A DNA stretch of 64,000 bases from Thermodesulfobium acidiphilum (lineage in GTDB: Bacteria; Thermodesulfobiota; Thermodesulfobiia; Thermodesulfobiales; Thermodesulfobiaceae). Below, piece after piece: positions 1-10,030 of the stretch. Each line of letters starts with the position of its first letter. The first letter of the stretch is position 1. The translations under genes and the position numbers were made by a program. The notes under the pieces are model-generated. The model was not told the DNA's origin and ran no database searches. It saw only the letters and a program-made list of their open reading frames with translations. The stretch is from positions 608,916-672,915 of the forward strand of contig NZ_CP020921.1 in the NCBI RefSeq assembly GCF_003057965.1, written 5' to 3'.

Positions 1-212
1 TTTTTTAGTTCTTTGAGATCAGATAAATAATTTCTCAGTTTATTTAGTTCTTTATAGTTATTTACAACCTCCTCTAACTCTGCTTTTTCTTGAGAAAGAG
101 ATATAAGTTTAGAAGGATTGTTTATTATTTCTAAATTTGATAAAAGTTCATTTATTTCATTATAACGGTTAAGCAGCTTTAAAATATTGTCTTCAAAAAC
201 TTTAAAATCCAA
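1..212 (-). CDS. prfA: Peptide chain release factor 1, N-terminal part (runs off the window edge)
   Basis: Manual minus-strand translation from TTG at 212 (SD GGAGGT upstream) gives MDFKVFEDNILKLLNRYNEINELLSNLEIINNPSKLISLSQEKAELEEVVNNYKELNKL, matching the RF1 N-terminal helical pattern (RYxEL..LLS.PE.......LS.E.AEL..IV..Y). Confidence 0.75.
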   Translation of the reverse strand, partial: MDFKVFEDNILKLLNRYNEINELLSNLEIINNPSKLISLSQEKAELEEVVNNYKELNKLRNYLSDLKELK

Positions 213-294
213 ACCTATTACCTCCAATAGTAATTGATATATTTTAGTTAAAATGATAACATATTGTTTTGATATTATTGAAGTGAGGTGAATC

Positions 295-621
295 GTGGAA
301 GAAGATAGAGAGTTTGATGAATTGGAAATCTTTGAAATTGAAGAAGAAGAAGGAGTTAAAAAGCAATACGAACTATTAGATAAGTTTGAACTGGATGATA
401 AATTGTATTTTGTCCTTACTCCTTACTTTGAAGAGGAAGTTGATAGTGAATATGTGCCAGAAATATCAATTTTCAGGCAGGAAAGTGACAATTTTTTAAC
501 TCCAGTAGTAATATTTGGTTCTGAAGATACAAAAGTGGATGAGTCTTTAACAGACGAAGAGTTTGACAAAATATACCAATATCTAAAGGAAAGTTTTGAT
601 TTCGAAGATATTTCAGAATAA
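295..621 (+). CDS. DUF1292 (YrzB-like) acidic protein
   Basis: Very acidic 108 aa with FELDDKLYFVL and DEEFDKI patterns; usual position upstream of mltG; SD GAGGTGA. Confidence 0.65.
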   Translation: MEEDREFDELEIFEIEEEEGVKKQYELLDKFELDDKLYFVLTPYFEEEVDSEYVPEISIFRQESDNFLTPVVIFGSEDTKVDESLTDEEFDKIYQYLKESFDFEDISE

Positions 622-639
622 TTTAGTTTAATTTAAAGT

Positions 640-1629
640 ATGCAATTCAGAAAAACAATGTCTCGTTTGAAGAGATGGTGTATATGTTTTGTTGTTTTTA
701 TGGCATTTTTAATTGTTATCAATTTTCCTTATGTATTATTCTATAGATTGCCCGACAAGGTAGATTTTCATGTTTACAAGGGTGAATCATCGAGCGATGT
801 TCTACAGAAACTTTATAAAGTTTACGGTACTAGCCCATCGCTTTTTGCTGATTTATACTTTAGGCTAAAGAACTTTGATCCAAAACCTGGTAACTATAGC
901 TTAGAAGGAAGCTTTTTAGATTCTGTATATGCTATACAAAAAGGTCCTGATGACTTTTTAAAGGTTACCTTTCCTGAGGGTTTGAGAATTAGGGATATGG
1001 TTTTAATTTTAAAGAAAGACGGATACAGCAAATATAAAGAGTATGAAAATATTGCCTATAATGATTTAAAATCCTTTTCGAAGAAGTTTTCCTTCTTGCA
1101 GGGAATTAATTCTAATTCTCTAGAAGGTTTTTTGTTTCCGGATACTTATTTTATTAGCAAAAATGAATCCCCTAAAGAAATTATTGATATGCAATTGAGT
1201 GATTTTGAGAAGAGGGTATGGCCGCTTATTAAAAATAGAAGAGATTATTATGATGTTTTGAAGCTAGCTTCTTTGGTTGAAGGCGAAGCAAAAGTTGATA
1301 AAGAACGACCTATAATTGCTTCGGTTTTTTTAAACAGATTAAAAATTAATATGCCTTTAGAATCCTGTGCAAGTGTGGAATATTTTCTTCCTGTTCATAA
1401 AGATGTATTATCTTATGCTGATACGAGAATTGAATCGCCTTATAATACTTATATACATTATGGTTTGCCACCAACACCTATTAATAGTCCTTCAATCAAG
1501 TCAATAGAAGCGGTTTTACACCCAGCTCATACTAAATATTTGTATTTTGTAGCAAAGGGAGACGGGACGCACTTTTTCTCCCAGACGTATGAAGAACAAC
1601 AAGCTTTTATAAAGAGCCTTGGAGGGTGA
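640..1629 (+). CDS. mltG: Endolytic transglycosylase MltG (YceG family)
   Basis: N-terminal TM; LEGFLFPDTY, ASLVEGEA (catalytic Glu), SPYNTY..GLPPTPI, YLYFV motifs. Confidence 0.95.
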   Translation: MQFRKTMSRLKRWCICFVVFMAFLIVINFPYVLFYRLPDKVDFHVYKGESSSDVLQKLYKVYGTSPSLFADLYFRLKNFDPKPGNYSLEGSFLDSVYAIQKGPDDFLKVTFPEGLRIRDMVLILKKDGYSKYKEYENIAYNDLKSFSKKFSFLQGINSNSLEGFLFPDTYFISKNESPKEIIDMQLSDFEKRVWPLIKNRRDYYDVLKLASLVEGEAKVDKERPIIASVFLNRLKINMPLESCASVEYFLPVHKDVLSYADTRIESPYNTYIHYGLPPTPINSPSIKSIEAVLHPAHTKYLYFVAKGDGTHFFSQTYEEQQAFIKSLGG

Positions 1630-1633
1630 TAAT

Positions 1634-2173
1634 GTGAAAAATAAATTTTTTTATACATTCATAATTACATTGGCTTGTTTGTTGTCGTTTTTTGGGTTTT
1701 ATCTTGTTGGAAAAGGTTTTAATCTTTTGTTTTTTAACAGACCACATACCCAAATTACTGCATCTAGCGAAAATAATAATGTTGAGATCCCGGCTTCTTC
1801 ACAAGATAAAAGTTCTGGCTCTAATATAAATTCACAGCAAAAAGGTTATAATAATGAAACTGTTACTGGTGGTAATTCTAAACCCATAATACAAGAGAAT
1901 AGTCAAGGAATTGCTAATGAATCTCAAAGTAACAATTTGAAAAGCACAACAAATTTGCTTTACAAGGTAAGAGTGGGTCCTTTTGATAACGAACAAGATA
2001 GTGTAGGAACGAAAAAGGAATTGTTTGAACTAGGTTATTCGAGTATACTTTTAAAAGCTGATGGAAGTTATTGGTTACAGGTTGCTGCTCTTAATAAAAA
2101 GGAAGATGCTTTAAACCTTGTTAACAACTTAAAAATGAAAGGTATTAATGCAAAAATTATTAGTGGACAATAA
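1634..2173 (+). CDS. Membrane-anchored SPOR-domain protein
   Basis: GTG start at 1634 after GGAGGG; N-terminal TM, S/N/Q-rich linker, C-terminal YKVRVGPF and YWLQVAAL SPOR half-repeats. Confidence 0.8.
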   Translation: MKNKFFYTFIITLACLLSFFGFYLVGKGFNLLFFNRPHTQITASSENNNVEIPASSQDKSSGSNINSQQKGYNNETVTGGNSKPIIQENSQGIANESQSNNLKSTTNLLYKVRVGPFDNEQDSVGTKKELFELGYSSILLKADGSYWLQVAALNKKEDALNLVNNLKMKGINAKIISGQ

Positions 2174-2185
2174 GGAGGAAAAAAG

Positions 2186-3199
2186 TTGTTTGGATTTATG
2201 AAGTTATCTAACGATATTGGTATTGACCTTGGGACTGCAAATACGGTTGTTTATGTACGTGGTAAGGGGATTGTAACGCAAGAGCCTTCAGTAGTTGCTT
2301 ATAACGTTGAAAAAAAACAGGCTGTTGCTGTAGGCATGGAAGCAAAAAATATGCTTGGCAGAACACCTTCGAATATAATAGCGGTCAGGCCATTAAAGGA
2401 TGGTGTAATTGCTGATTTTGAAACTACTGAGATGATGCTTAGGTATTTTATAAAAAAAGCTCTTTCAAGTGGCGTTTTTAAACCAAGGGTGGTTGTGGGC
2501 ATACCATCAGGAATCACTGGTGTTGAGAGAAGAGCTGTGATAGAAGCTTCCCAAAGAGCTGGGGGCAGGGAGGCTTATATAATTGAAGAACCAATGGCTG
2601 CTGCTATTGGAGCAGGCTTACCGATTGATGAACCGAAAGGATGTCTAATTATTGATATAGGTGGCGGGACTACAGAAGTAGCTGTTATATCACTGGGCGG
2701 CATGGTTGTTGCAAAGAGTTTGAGAATTGCAGGTGATGAATTGGACGAAGTGATAATGGAATATTGTAAAAAAGAATATAACTTACTTATTGGAGAAAGA
2801 ACTGCTGAAGATATAAAAATTAATATTGGTTCTGCTTATCCTTTAAGGGAAGAAAAAAGTATGGAAGTTAGAGGAAGGGACTTAATTACTGGCCTGCCTA
2901 AGAGTTTGAATTTAACGTCGATTGAGATTAGGGAAGTTATAGGTCCTATTGTTGATCAAATAACTGAAACAATAAGATTAACTGCAGAACAAACTCCACC
3001 TGAGTTAGCATCTGATATTATGGAAAGAGGAGCAATGCTTGCTGGTGGTGGAGCACTCCTTAAGGGATTGGATAAGTATATTTCAGAAAAGCTTAAAATC
3101 CCAGTTTATTTAGCTGAAAATCCTCTACTCTCTGTTGCTGAAGGGATTGGAAAGGTCTTGGAAGACTTAGATAGATTTGGTCATGTTTTCAAAAACTAA
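2186..3199 (+). CDS. mreB: Rod shape-determining protein MreB
   Basis: [50 protein letters not shown] then TTG. Confidence 0.98.
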   Translation: MFGFMKLSNDIGIDLGTANTVVYVRGKGIVTQEPSVVAYNVEKKQAVAVGMEAKNMLGRTPSNIIAVRPLKDGVIADFETTEMMLRYFIKKALSSGVFKPRVVVGIPSGITGVERRAVIEASQRAGGREAYIIEEPMAAAIGAGLPIDEPKGCLIIDIGGGTTEVAVISLGGMVVAKSLRIAGDELDEVIMEYCKKEYNLLIGERTAEDIKINIGSAYPLREEKSMEVRGRDLITGLPKSLNLTSIEIREVIGPIVDQITETIRLTAEQTPPELASDIMERGAMLAGGGALLKGLDKYISEKLKIPVYLAENPLLSVAEGIGKVLEDLDRFGHVFKN

Positions 3200-3983
3200 A
3201 AAAAAAATAATTTTTTTAGCGTTTATTTCTGTTGTATTTCTTCTTTTTCTAAATTATAAATTTAATATTCATAATAGAATTGGTTTTTTTGTTTTATCAC
3301 CTGTATATTTTTTTAGTGAATGGGCAAATGGTTTGGGAACTTTCTCAAATAATTTGTCTAATATAGTAAACGATAATGCAAATCTTAACAAAGAAATAGA
3401 AGATTTAAAGAAACAAAACGAAGAGTTGAAATTGTCTTATGCATTGATGTTAAAAGACATGCAAAATTTATATGAAGAAAGGGCTTTTCAAAATTTCAAA
3501 GCTCAAAATCCAAAATTTAAACTTCTGAGAGCTTCAGTTTTATATAGGACTGAACCCTTCTATCAAGATTTAATAATTAATGTTGGATCTAATGAAGGGG
3601 TTAAAATAGGTATGCCTGTTATTTCTGATGGTTGTATTGTGGGATTAATTTCAGACGTTGCTCCAAATTTTTCAAAAGTTTCATATATAGGCGATAAATC
3701 AGTAAAAATCCCGGTTAAGCTAAATGGTTCAAATTTGTATGGAATTTTAGAAGGAACTGGATCCGAAGAATTAATTTTTAATGTGCCAAGTGTATTTGCA
3801 GCAATTCATCCTCTTGAAGTTTTAGTTACGGCAAGTGTTCCATTATCTTTATTGCCTCCGAATATTCCAGTTGCAAAAGTTATGACTTTACGTGAAGTTG
3901 GAAGTTTGAACACAATTTTTACGGCTGTTCCTATGAAAAAAATTCAAACGGTGAATGAAGTATGGGTCTATCTTGGAAGTTAG
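3183..3983 (+). CDS. mreC: Rod shape-determining protein MreC
   Basis: TM, coiled coil, [18 protein letters not shown] motif; lies between mreB and mreD; start could be 3177 or 3183. Confidence 0.9.
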   Translation: MFSKTKKKIIFLAFISVVFLLFLNYKFNIHNRIGFFVLSPVYFFSEWANGLGTFSNNLSNIVNDNANLNKEIEDLKKQNEELKLSYALMLKDMQNLYEERAFQNFKAQNPKFKLLRASVLYRTEPFYQDLIINVGSNEGVKIGMPVISDGCIVGLISDVAPNFSKVSYIGDKSVKIPVKLNGSNLYGILEGTGSEELIFNVPSVFAAIHPLEVLVTASVPLSLLPPNIPVAKVMTLREVGSLNTIFTAVPMKKIQTVNEVWVYLGS

Positions 3984-4456
3984 TTTCTTTAATCTGTATT
4001 TTTTTCTATCTAATTCAAGTTTTATTTCTTTCCCTTGTGAACGTGTTTGGACTTTCAGGCGTTATCTTAACGCTTACACCAGCAATCTTATACTCTTTGT
4101 ATTGCAATTTTGACTTTTCGAAGAGTATTTTGCTTCCATTAATTTTTTTCTCCTTCTTTGATGATTTTAGGCTAGGAATTTATTTGGGAACAAATTTGTT
4201 TTTGTTTTTGTTTATAATTTTGTTTATAAAGTTATATCTTGAAAAAAATTTTAGTTGGAGTAAGAGCCTTGTATTCGTCTTTGCTCTAATAATTTATTAT
4301 TTTTTGCTATTTACCCTTGTCTTTATTTTTGTTAATGCTTTTAATTTTTTTAATCTTTTTGTGGCTATAATAGTTAACAGCTTAATAAACCTAGTTTTTT
4401 TGTTAGTAATCCAAAAATTATATAAATATTTGTTGGTGAATAAAAATGAGAATTAG
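3962..4456 (+). CDS. mreD: Rod shape-determining protein MreD (divergent)
   Basis: 164-aa polytopic membrane protein with FFDD..LG.YLG pattern at the mreD position; call rests mostly on synteny. Confidence 0.7.
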   Translation: MGLSWKLVSLICIFFYLIQVLFLSLVNVFGLSGVILTLTPAILYSLYCNFDFSKSILLPLIFFSFFDDFRLGIYLGTNLFLFLFIILFIKLYLEKNFSWSKSLVFVFALIIYYFLLFTLVFIFVNAFNFFNLFVAIIVNSLINLVFLLVIQKLYKYLLVNKNEN

Positions 4457-6149
4457 AAGAAGAGAATTTTTGTCAATAGGTTTTTTGGGAATTCTTTGGA
4501 CAGCTCTTAATTACAGACTCATTTCTTTAGCTATGTTTGGTGGCGATGAGTTTAAGCAAGTAACGATTGATAGCACTACAAGGATTCTCCCTATACCTGC
4601 TCCAAGAGGGAAAATCTTTGACAGAAAAGGGTTACCTATGGCATATGATAGTTCTGCCCATGTCATAATGTTTATGGCAAGAGATAATAAGAACGCAATG
4701 GAACTAGCTGAAAATATTTCTCCTATCCTTAATGAGGATAGTGCAAAAATTTATGAATCCATTAAGAAAAGTATAGGAAATCCTTATCCTTACATACTCC
4801 ATGAAAAATTGGATACAAAGCAATATCTTAGTTTATCAGAGTTAACTTTCAGACAAAAAGGCTTTAGACTTATTGAAATACCTATGAGAAATTATCCGCT
4901 GAAAAATGTAGGTTGTCACGCAGTAGGATATGTTGGTGAAGCTTCAGAAAGTGATCTGAAAAGGTTTCCTTATTTACATCCAAATCAAATAGTTGGCAAA
5001 ACCGGTGTTGAGTTAATAAAGGATAAAGAACTAAGAGGTCAAGATGGTGCGGATATAACAATTGTTGACGCCTTTGGCAACATACAAAAAAGATTTCAGG
5101 GAACCAAACCAATACCTGGTGAAAATGTAAAAATAAATATTGATTCTGACTTGCAGGAATATGCACAAAAACTTTTAAATGAAAGACCCGGAGCACTAGT
5201 AGCTCTTGATCCCAGGAGCGGTGAAATATTAACTCTTGCGAGCTCGCCTGATTTTGACTCCAATAAGATGGTTTATGGAATGACTCAAAAGGACTGGGAT
5301 AACATACTTAAAGAAGATCATCCATTTATTAATAGAGCCCTTTCATCCTTTCCACCTGGCTCTACATTTAAAATTGCTGTTAGTGTAGCAGCTTTGGAAG
5401 AGGGAGTTACTACGCCTGAAGAGTTGTTTTATTGTCCTGGCTATCTAAAGGTTGGGGATCATACGTTTTATTGTTGGCTTCCAGGTGGGCATGGTCATCT
5501 TCATATTGAGAGAGCGATAGCTCAATCATGTGATGTTGTATTTTATACTCTTGGATTAAGATTAGGACCTGAAAAGATAAGATATTATGCTAATAAATTT
5601 GGTCTTGATTTACCAAGCGGTTTAAAATTACCAGGTGAAGAAACTGGTTTTTTGCCTACAAAGGAGTGGAAAGAAAAAAAATTTAACGACGTTTGGTATG
5701 ATGGTGATACAGTAAATATGTCTATAGGACAGGGTTTTGTTAGAACTACTCCATTGGATATTGCAAGAATGATGAGCATTTTTGTGAATAAAGGCAGTTT
5801 TGCAGGTTGTAAATTGATTAGTGGTGAAAATACTTCCTATGAGGGGTTTAAATTCAGCGAAAAAACCTATGAGGTGGTGAGAGAAGGCTTAAGAAAAGCA
5901 GTTTTAGAAGGAACTGCTATGATATTAAATAGCGATAAATATAGCGCAATTGCAAAAACTGGTACGGCAGAAGATCCCCCCAGGAAAAAGCCTCACTCAT
6001 GGATAGTTGTAGCTGCTCCTTATGAGGCACCTGAAATTGTAGTTTGTGTTTTTTTTGAACATATTGGTGAAGGTGCGTCGTTTTCTGGTCCTGTAGCTAA
6101 ATCTTATCTAGACTATTATTTTTCAAATCCTAGTTTGAGGGAAAGATAA
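4446..6149 (+). CDS. mrdA: Penicillin-binding protein 2 (class B)
   Basis: PAPRGKIFDR, GKTGVE, PGSTFK (SxxK), SCD (SxD), KTGT motifs. Confidence 0.95.
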   Translation: MRIRRREFLSIGFLGILWTALNYRLISLAMFGGDEFKQVTIDSTTRILPIPAPRGKIFDRKGLPMAYDSSAHVIMFMARDNKNAMELAENISPILNEDSAKIYESIKKSIGNPYPYILHEKLDTKQYLSLSELTFRQKGFRLIEIPMRNYPLKNVGCHAVGYVGEASESDLKRFPYLHPNQIVGKTGVELIKDKELRGQDGADITIVDAFGNIQKRFQGTKPIPGENVKINIDSDLQEYAQKLLNERPGALVALDPRSGEILTLASSPDFDSNKMVYGMTQKDWDNILKEDHPFINRALSSFPPGSTFKIAVSVAALEEGVTTPEELFYCPGYLKVGDHTFYCWLPGGHGHLHIERAIAQSCDVVFYTLGLRLGPEKIRYYANKFGLDLPSGLKLPGEETGFLPTKEWKEKKFNDVWYDGDTVNMSIGQGFVRTTPLDIARMMSIFVNKGSFAGCKLISGENTSYEGFKFSEKTYEVVREGLRKAVLEGTAMILNSDKYSAIAKTGTAEDPPRKKPHSWIVVAAPYEAPEIVVCVFFEHIGEGASFSGPVAKSYLDYYFSNPSLRER

Positions 6150-6151
6150 TT

Positions 6152-6829
6152 ATGGAAAAGAATAGACAATTTCGTTTGATAGGAATTAGAGGGGCTCTTA
6201 GACTCATAATAGATCAAAAACCTTCATTGGTAGATGTTATTTCTTACGTGAAATCCTTTTTTGAAAGTAATAAAAAATTTTTTGAAGGTACAAAGGTAAT
6301 TTTTGAAATTCAATCACTATGTGATTTAGAAGCATCTTTTATAGAGCAGTTAAAACTTAAATTAGCTCGTTTTGAAGAAATAGACTCGTTTAAAATTTAT
6401 AATGAAAACAATAAAGAACAGGATAAAATTGAAGGTAAAAATTTTGAAGACTTTGAGAATAAAGTTTGTTTCGATAAGATGAATACTAAGTACGTTTGTA
6501 AAAGCTTAAGATCTGGTCAAAAGATAGATTTTGAGGGAAATGTTATAATTTTAGGAGATGTAAATGCAGGTTCTAAAATTTCAGCGGGAGGTTCAGTAAT
6601 AGTTTTGGGTAGCTTGAAAGGAATAGTTCAAGCCGGAATTTTGGACAATTCCTCCATAGTATTTGCTCTGGATTTTGATCCTGTACAGATAACAATTGCA
6701 GGTGTTTTAGGGTTATTATCAAATAATGATAAAAGTTTGATAAATAGCAATAATATGTTTGCGTATTTTAAGGATGATAAGATAAACATCGAGCCCTGGA
6801 GTGGGCGAAAATTTTTAATAGGGGAGTGA
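6152..6829 (+). CDS. minC: Septum site-determining protein MinC
   Basis: SLRSGQKI...GNVIILGDVNAGSKISAGG..G.LKG beta-helix. Confidence 0.92.
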   Translation: MEKNRQFRLIGIRGALRLIIDQKPSLVDVISYVKSFFESNKKFFEGTKVIFEIQSLCDLEASFIEQLKLKLARFEEIDSFKIYNENNKEQDKIEGKNFEDFENKVCFDKMNTKYVCKSLRSGQKIDFEGNVIILGDVNAGSKISAGGSVIVLGSLKGIVQAGILDNSSIVFALDFDPVQITIAGVLGLLSNNDKSLINSNNMFAYFKDDKINIEPWSGRKFLIGE

Positions 6830-6833
6830 TACT

Positions 6834-7643
6834 TTGGGGAAGTGTATAGTAGTAACTTCTGGTAAAGGTGGAGTTGGCAAAACTACTACTTCAGCTAATT
6901 TGGGTGGTGGGTTAGCAAGTCTTGGTAAATCTGTCCTTCTTGCTGACGTAGATATTGGCTTAAGAAATCTAGATATCATTATGGGACTTGAAAAAAGAAT
7001 TGTTTATGATGTTATGGACGTAATGGAGGGAAGGTGTAAGATTCAGCAGGCTATTGTAAAGGACAAGAGGTTAAATTCACTGTATTTACTTGCTGCTTCC
7101 CAGATTCATGATAAATCAGATTTGGCAGAACTTATTGATAGATTTGGAGAAATAATAAAGGGTTTGAAGAAAGAATTTGATTATGTAATTTTGGATTCTC
7201 CAGCAGGTATTGAGCAGGGTTTTATGGCAGCTTCGAATTTTGCTGACGAAGCTATTGTGGTAACCACCCCTGAAGTTACTGCTGTTAGAGATGCTGATAG
7301 AGTGATAGGTTTGTTGGAAGCAAAAGGGATTAAAGATCATTATCTTATTTTGAATAGGTACAGATATTCTATGGTTAAATCAGGGAATATGCTTGACGTG
7401 GAAGATGTTTTGCACATTTTGGGAATTCAGTTATTGGGCATAGTTCCAGAAGACCCAGAGATTATAACCTTTGCCAATAGGGGGGAATTAGTTGTTACGT
7501 CTGATTTAACTAACTCGGGCAAGGCTTTTCAGAGAATTTCTAGAAGATTAATAGGAGAAAAGGTTGATTTTCCTTCCTTTGAAGAAGACAAAGGTCTGTT
7601 TAATAAGATTAAAAACTTTTTTAAGGCTAAGTTAGGAGAGTAA
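6834..7643 (+). CDS. minD: Septum site-determining ATPase MinD
   Basis: SGKGGVGKTT, DIGLRNLD, DSPAGIE, RDADR; C-terminal amphipathic helix. Confidence 0.98.
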   Translation: MGKCIVVTSGKGGVGKTTTSANLGGGLASLGKSVLLADVDIGLRNLDIIMGLEKRIVYDVMDVMEGRCKIQQAIVKDKRLNSLYLLAASQIHDKSDLAELIDRFGEIIKGLKKEFDYVILDSPAGIEQGFMAASNFADEAIVVTTPEVTAVRDADRVIGLLEAKGIKDHYLILNRYRYSMVKSGNMLDVEDVLHILGIQLLGIVPEDPEIITFANRGELVVTSDLTNSGKAFQRISRRLIGEKVDFPSFEEDKGLFNKIKNFFKAKLGE

Positions 7644-7644
7644 A

Positions 7645-7899
7645 GTGGGGATATTAGACTTTTTGTTTAAAAAAAGTAACAGAAATTCTTCAATTGCAAA
7701 AGAGAGATTACAATTTGTTTTGACTTTTGACAGATTGTCTATTAATCCTGCATTGCAAGAAAAGATTAGAGAAGAAATTATACAGGTAATCGATAAGTAT
7801 ATGGAAATAGATAAAGAAGCTGCAAGCGTTTTTGTCGAATCTAATGATTCAAATATAAGCCATCTTATCGTTAATATTCCACTCAAAAGAAAAAGATAA
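7645..7899 (+). CDS. minE: Cell division topological specificity factor MinE
   Basis: SSIAKERLQFVL..DR and NIP motifs. Confidence 0.93.
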   Translation: MGILDFLFKKSNRNSSIAKERLQFVLTFDRLSINPALQEKIREEIIQVIDKYMEIDKEAASVFVESNDSNISHLIVNIPLKRKR

Positions 7900-7901
7900 A
7901 G

Positions 7902-9140
7902 TTGCTTCAAAAACTAAAAAGCATACTCGTAATAATTGATCTTAAATTATTTCTTATGGTTACTTTACTGACTGTATGGGGCATTGTCAATATTTATAGC
8001 GTTACTTATTCTAATGTTTTTTTAACGGGTGGTAATAAGTACATATTTGTAATCAAACAATTTTTATGGTATGTGATTTCAGTTTTTCTTATGCTTATAT
8101 TTTCGTATATAGGGGAAAGACATATATTTGAAAATTCCAGAAAGATATATTTTGTAGGACTTTTTATTTTGTTGTTTACAATTGTTTTTGGTCAGGTAGT
8201 GCTCGGATCAAGAAGATGGCTTTCATTAGGTCCATTTTCATTTCAGCCTTCTGAGTTCTTTAAACTCCTAATTGCTATACATCTATCAAAAATTTTTTCT
8301 TCTCAAAATAAGGCTTACATTATAATATTTAGTTCGGTTGTGTACTCAATAATTCCATTTGTAATTGTTTCTTTGCAACCAGATCTTGGAACTGCTTTAT
8401 CTATTTTGTTTTTGTGGCTTACAGGTTTTATGTTTTATGGTTTTGATCTGATGGTTTATCTAGTTTTTTTTGTTATCTTAATATCCTTTTTTGTTTATTT
8501 TTTTAAATTATTATTAATCATATTAGTTCCTCTTTTGTTTTATATATTTATGCGACTAAGAAAAAGAAAAATTACAGTTTGTTTAATTTTGCTTTTTACA
8601 GTATTTTCTGCTATTTCTGGCCCTATAGGGTGGAATTCTTTACATACTTATCAAAAGGAAAGGTTATTATCTTTTATAAATCCATTCCAAGATCCAACTG
8701 GTGCTGGTTATCATATTATTCAATCACAGGCAGCTGTTGTATCTGGGGGAATATTTGGAAAAGGTTTTTTAAACGGAACACATACTCAACTCCACTTTAT
8801 TCCTGAGCAACATACTGATTTTATTTTTAGCGCCATTGTTGAAGAATGGGGATTAATAGGTGGATTTTTAACAATATTATTAGAATTTTTAGTGGTTTTT
8901 AGAATTCTTAAGATTGGATTTGAAATAAAAGGATATATGGGTTATTTTTGTGTGTTGTGGTCGTTTTTGCTCTCTTTCCACACGTTTGTAAACGTAGGAA
9001 TGGTTTTGGGTATGATGCCGGTAACAGGTATTCCCTTGCCGTTCGTCTCTTATGGTGGGACTTTTTTAATGACAAACTTTATTTCCTTAGGTTTAATAAG
9101 CAATATGTATTATCATAATAGAAAATGGTCTTTTAAATGA
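7902..9140 (+). CDS. rodA: Rod shape-determining SEDS protein RodA
   Basis: GSRRW, FQPSEF, QPDLGT, HTDFIF, TGIPLPFVSYGG. Confidence 0.93.
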   Translation: MLQKLKSILVIIDLKLFLMVTLLTVWGIVNIYSVTYSNVFLTGGNKYIFVIKQFLWYVISVFLMLIFSYIGERHIFENSRKIYFVGLFILLFTIVFGQVVLGSRRWLSLGPFSFQPSEFFKLLIAIHLSKIFSSQNKAYIIIFSSVVYSIIPFVIVSLQPDLGTALSILFLWLTGFMFYGFDLMVYLVFFVILISFFVYFFKLLLIILVPLLFYIFMRLRKRKITVCLILLFTVFSAISGPIGWNSLHTYQKERLLSFINPFQDPTGAGYHIIQSQAAVVSGGIFGKGFLNGTHTQLHFIPEQHTDFIFSAIVEEWGLIGGFLTILLEFLVVFRILKIGFEIKGYMGYFCVLWSFLLSFHTFVNVGMVLGMMPVTGIPLPFVSYGGTFLMTNFISLGLISNMYYHNRKWSFK

Positions 9141-10030
9141 GCATTGGTTATCTTTTTATTTCATTGAGCTGTGTATTGTGGGGTCTTTTAGGACCTGTTG
9201 CAGAGCTTTTGTATGAATCTGGCTTTAACGCTAATGATGTTGTTTTTTTTAGGCTATTTGGAGTATTCTTAATAGGGTTTATACCTCTTTTTAAGGATAT
9301 TGGCTATTTATATTCAAAGAGACTATTTTACCCGCTTCTTTTGTTTGCTCTATTTACTATTATTGAATGGTTTTCTTTTTTCACCTCGGTTAAGTTGAAT
9401 GGAATATTTATTTCAGTATTGCTTTTATATACTGCACCCTTTTTTATTACTTTATTTGCAAAATATTTTTTTAAGGAAAAATTAACAAAGTGGCTAATAT
9501 TTTGTATTTTTTTAGGCTTTTTAGGCATTATTTTACTTTTTGCTTCAAGTTATGATAATAGCAGTCAAAATCCAGGCATAACAATGGTTTTTGGATTAAT
9601 TTCAGGAATTTCATATGCAATAAATAGTATGTTTGGAAAATATTTTTCAAATTATATTTTACCCTTTAAGCTTACTCTATACCGATTTTCAGCTGCAACT
9701 CTAATTTACTTCCCATTTATAGGTTTTAATATGTTTTTTAGAACGTATACTTTTTCTAACTTAGTAGAAATTTTTTATTTGATATTTTTTCCAGGCATTC
9801 TAGCTTATTTTTTATTTTATTATGGATTGAGTATGGTTGAGATATCAAAAGCTGCTGTTTTTACATTTATAGAGCCTCTTGTTGGTAGTTTTGTTGCAAT
9901 AGTATTCTTTAAAGAGTCACTAGGCTATAAACTCTTTGGAGCCTTCTTTATATGTTTAGGAATTTTTGGAACGTTGATAAATCCACTTTTGTCATATAGA
10001 AAAGTTAATTGGCTAAATGGAAAAAAGTAA
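9137..10030 (+). CDS. EamA/DMT-family transporter
   Basis: About 10 TM segments in two repeats; LLYTAP, KEKL, IEP...FKESL. Confidence 0.88.
   Translation: MSIGYLFISLSCVLWGLLGPVAELLYESGFNANDVVFFRLFGVFLIGFIPLFKDIGYLYSKRLFYPLLLFALFTIIEWFSFFTSVKLNGIFISVLLLYTAPFFITLFAKYFFKEKLTKWLIFCIFLGFLGIILLFASSYDNSSQNPGITMVFGLISGISYAINSMFGKYFSNYILPFKLTLYRFSAATLIYFPFIGFNMFFRTYTFSNLVEIFYLIFFPGILAYFLFYYGLSMVEISKAAVFTFIEPLVGSFVAIVFFKESLGYKLFGAFFICLGIFGTLINPLLSYRKVNWLNGKK

Noticed and set aside
3198..3207. A10 homopolymer at the start of mreC as a phase-variation tract
   Set aside because: In frame, encodes the Lys run before the TM, lies in a core gene, and such runs are common in AT-rich DNA
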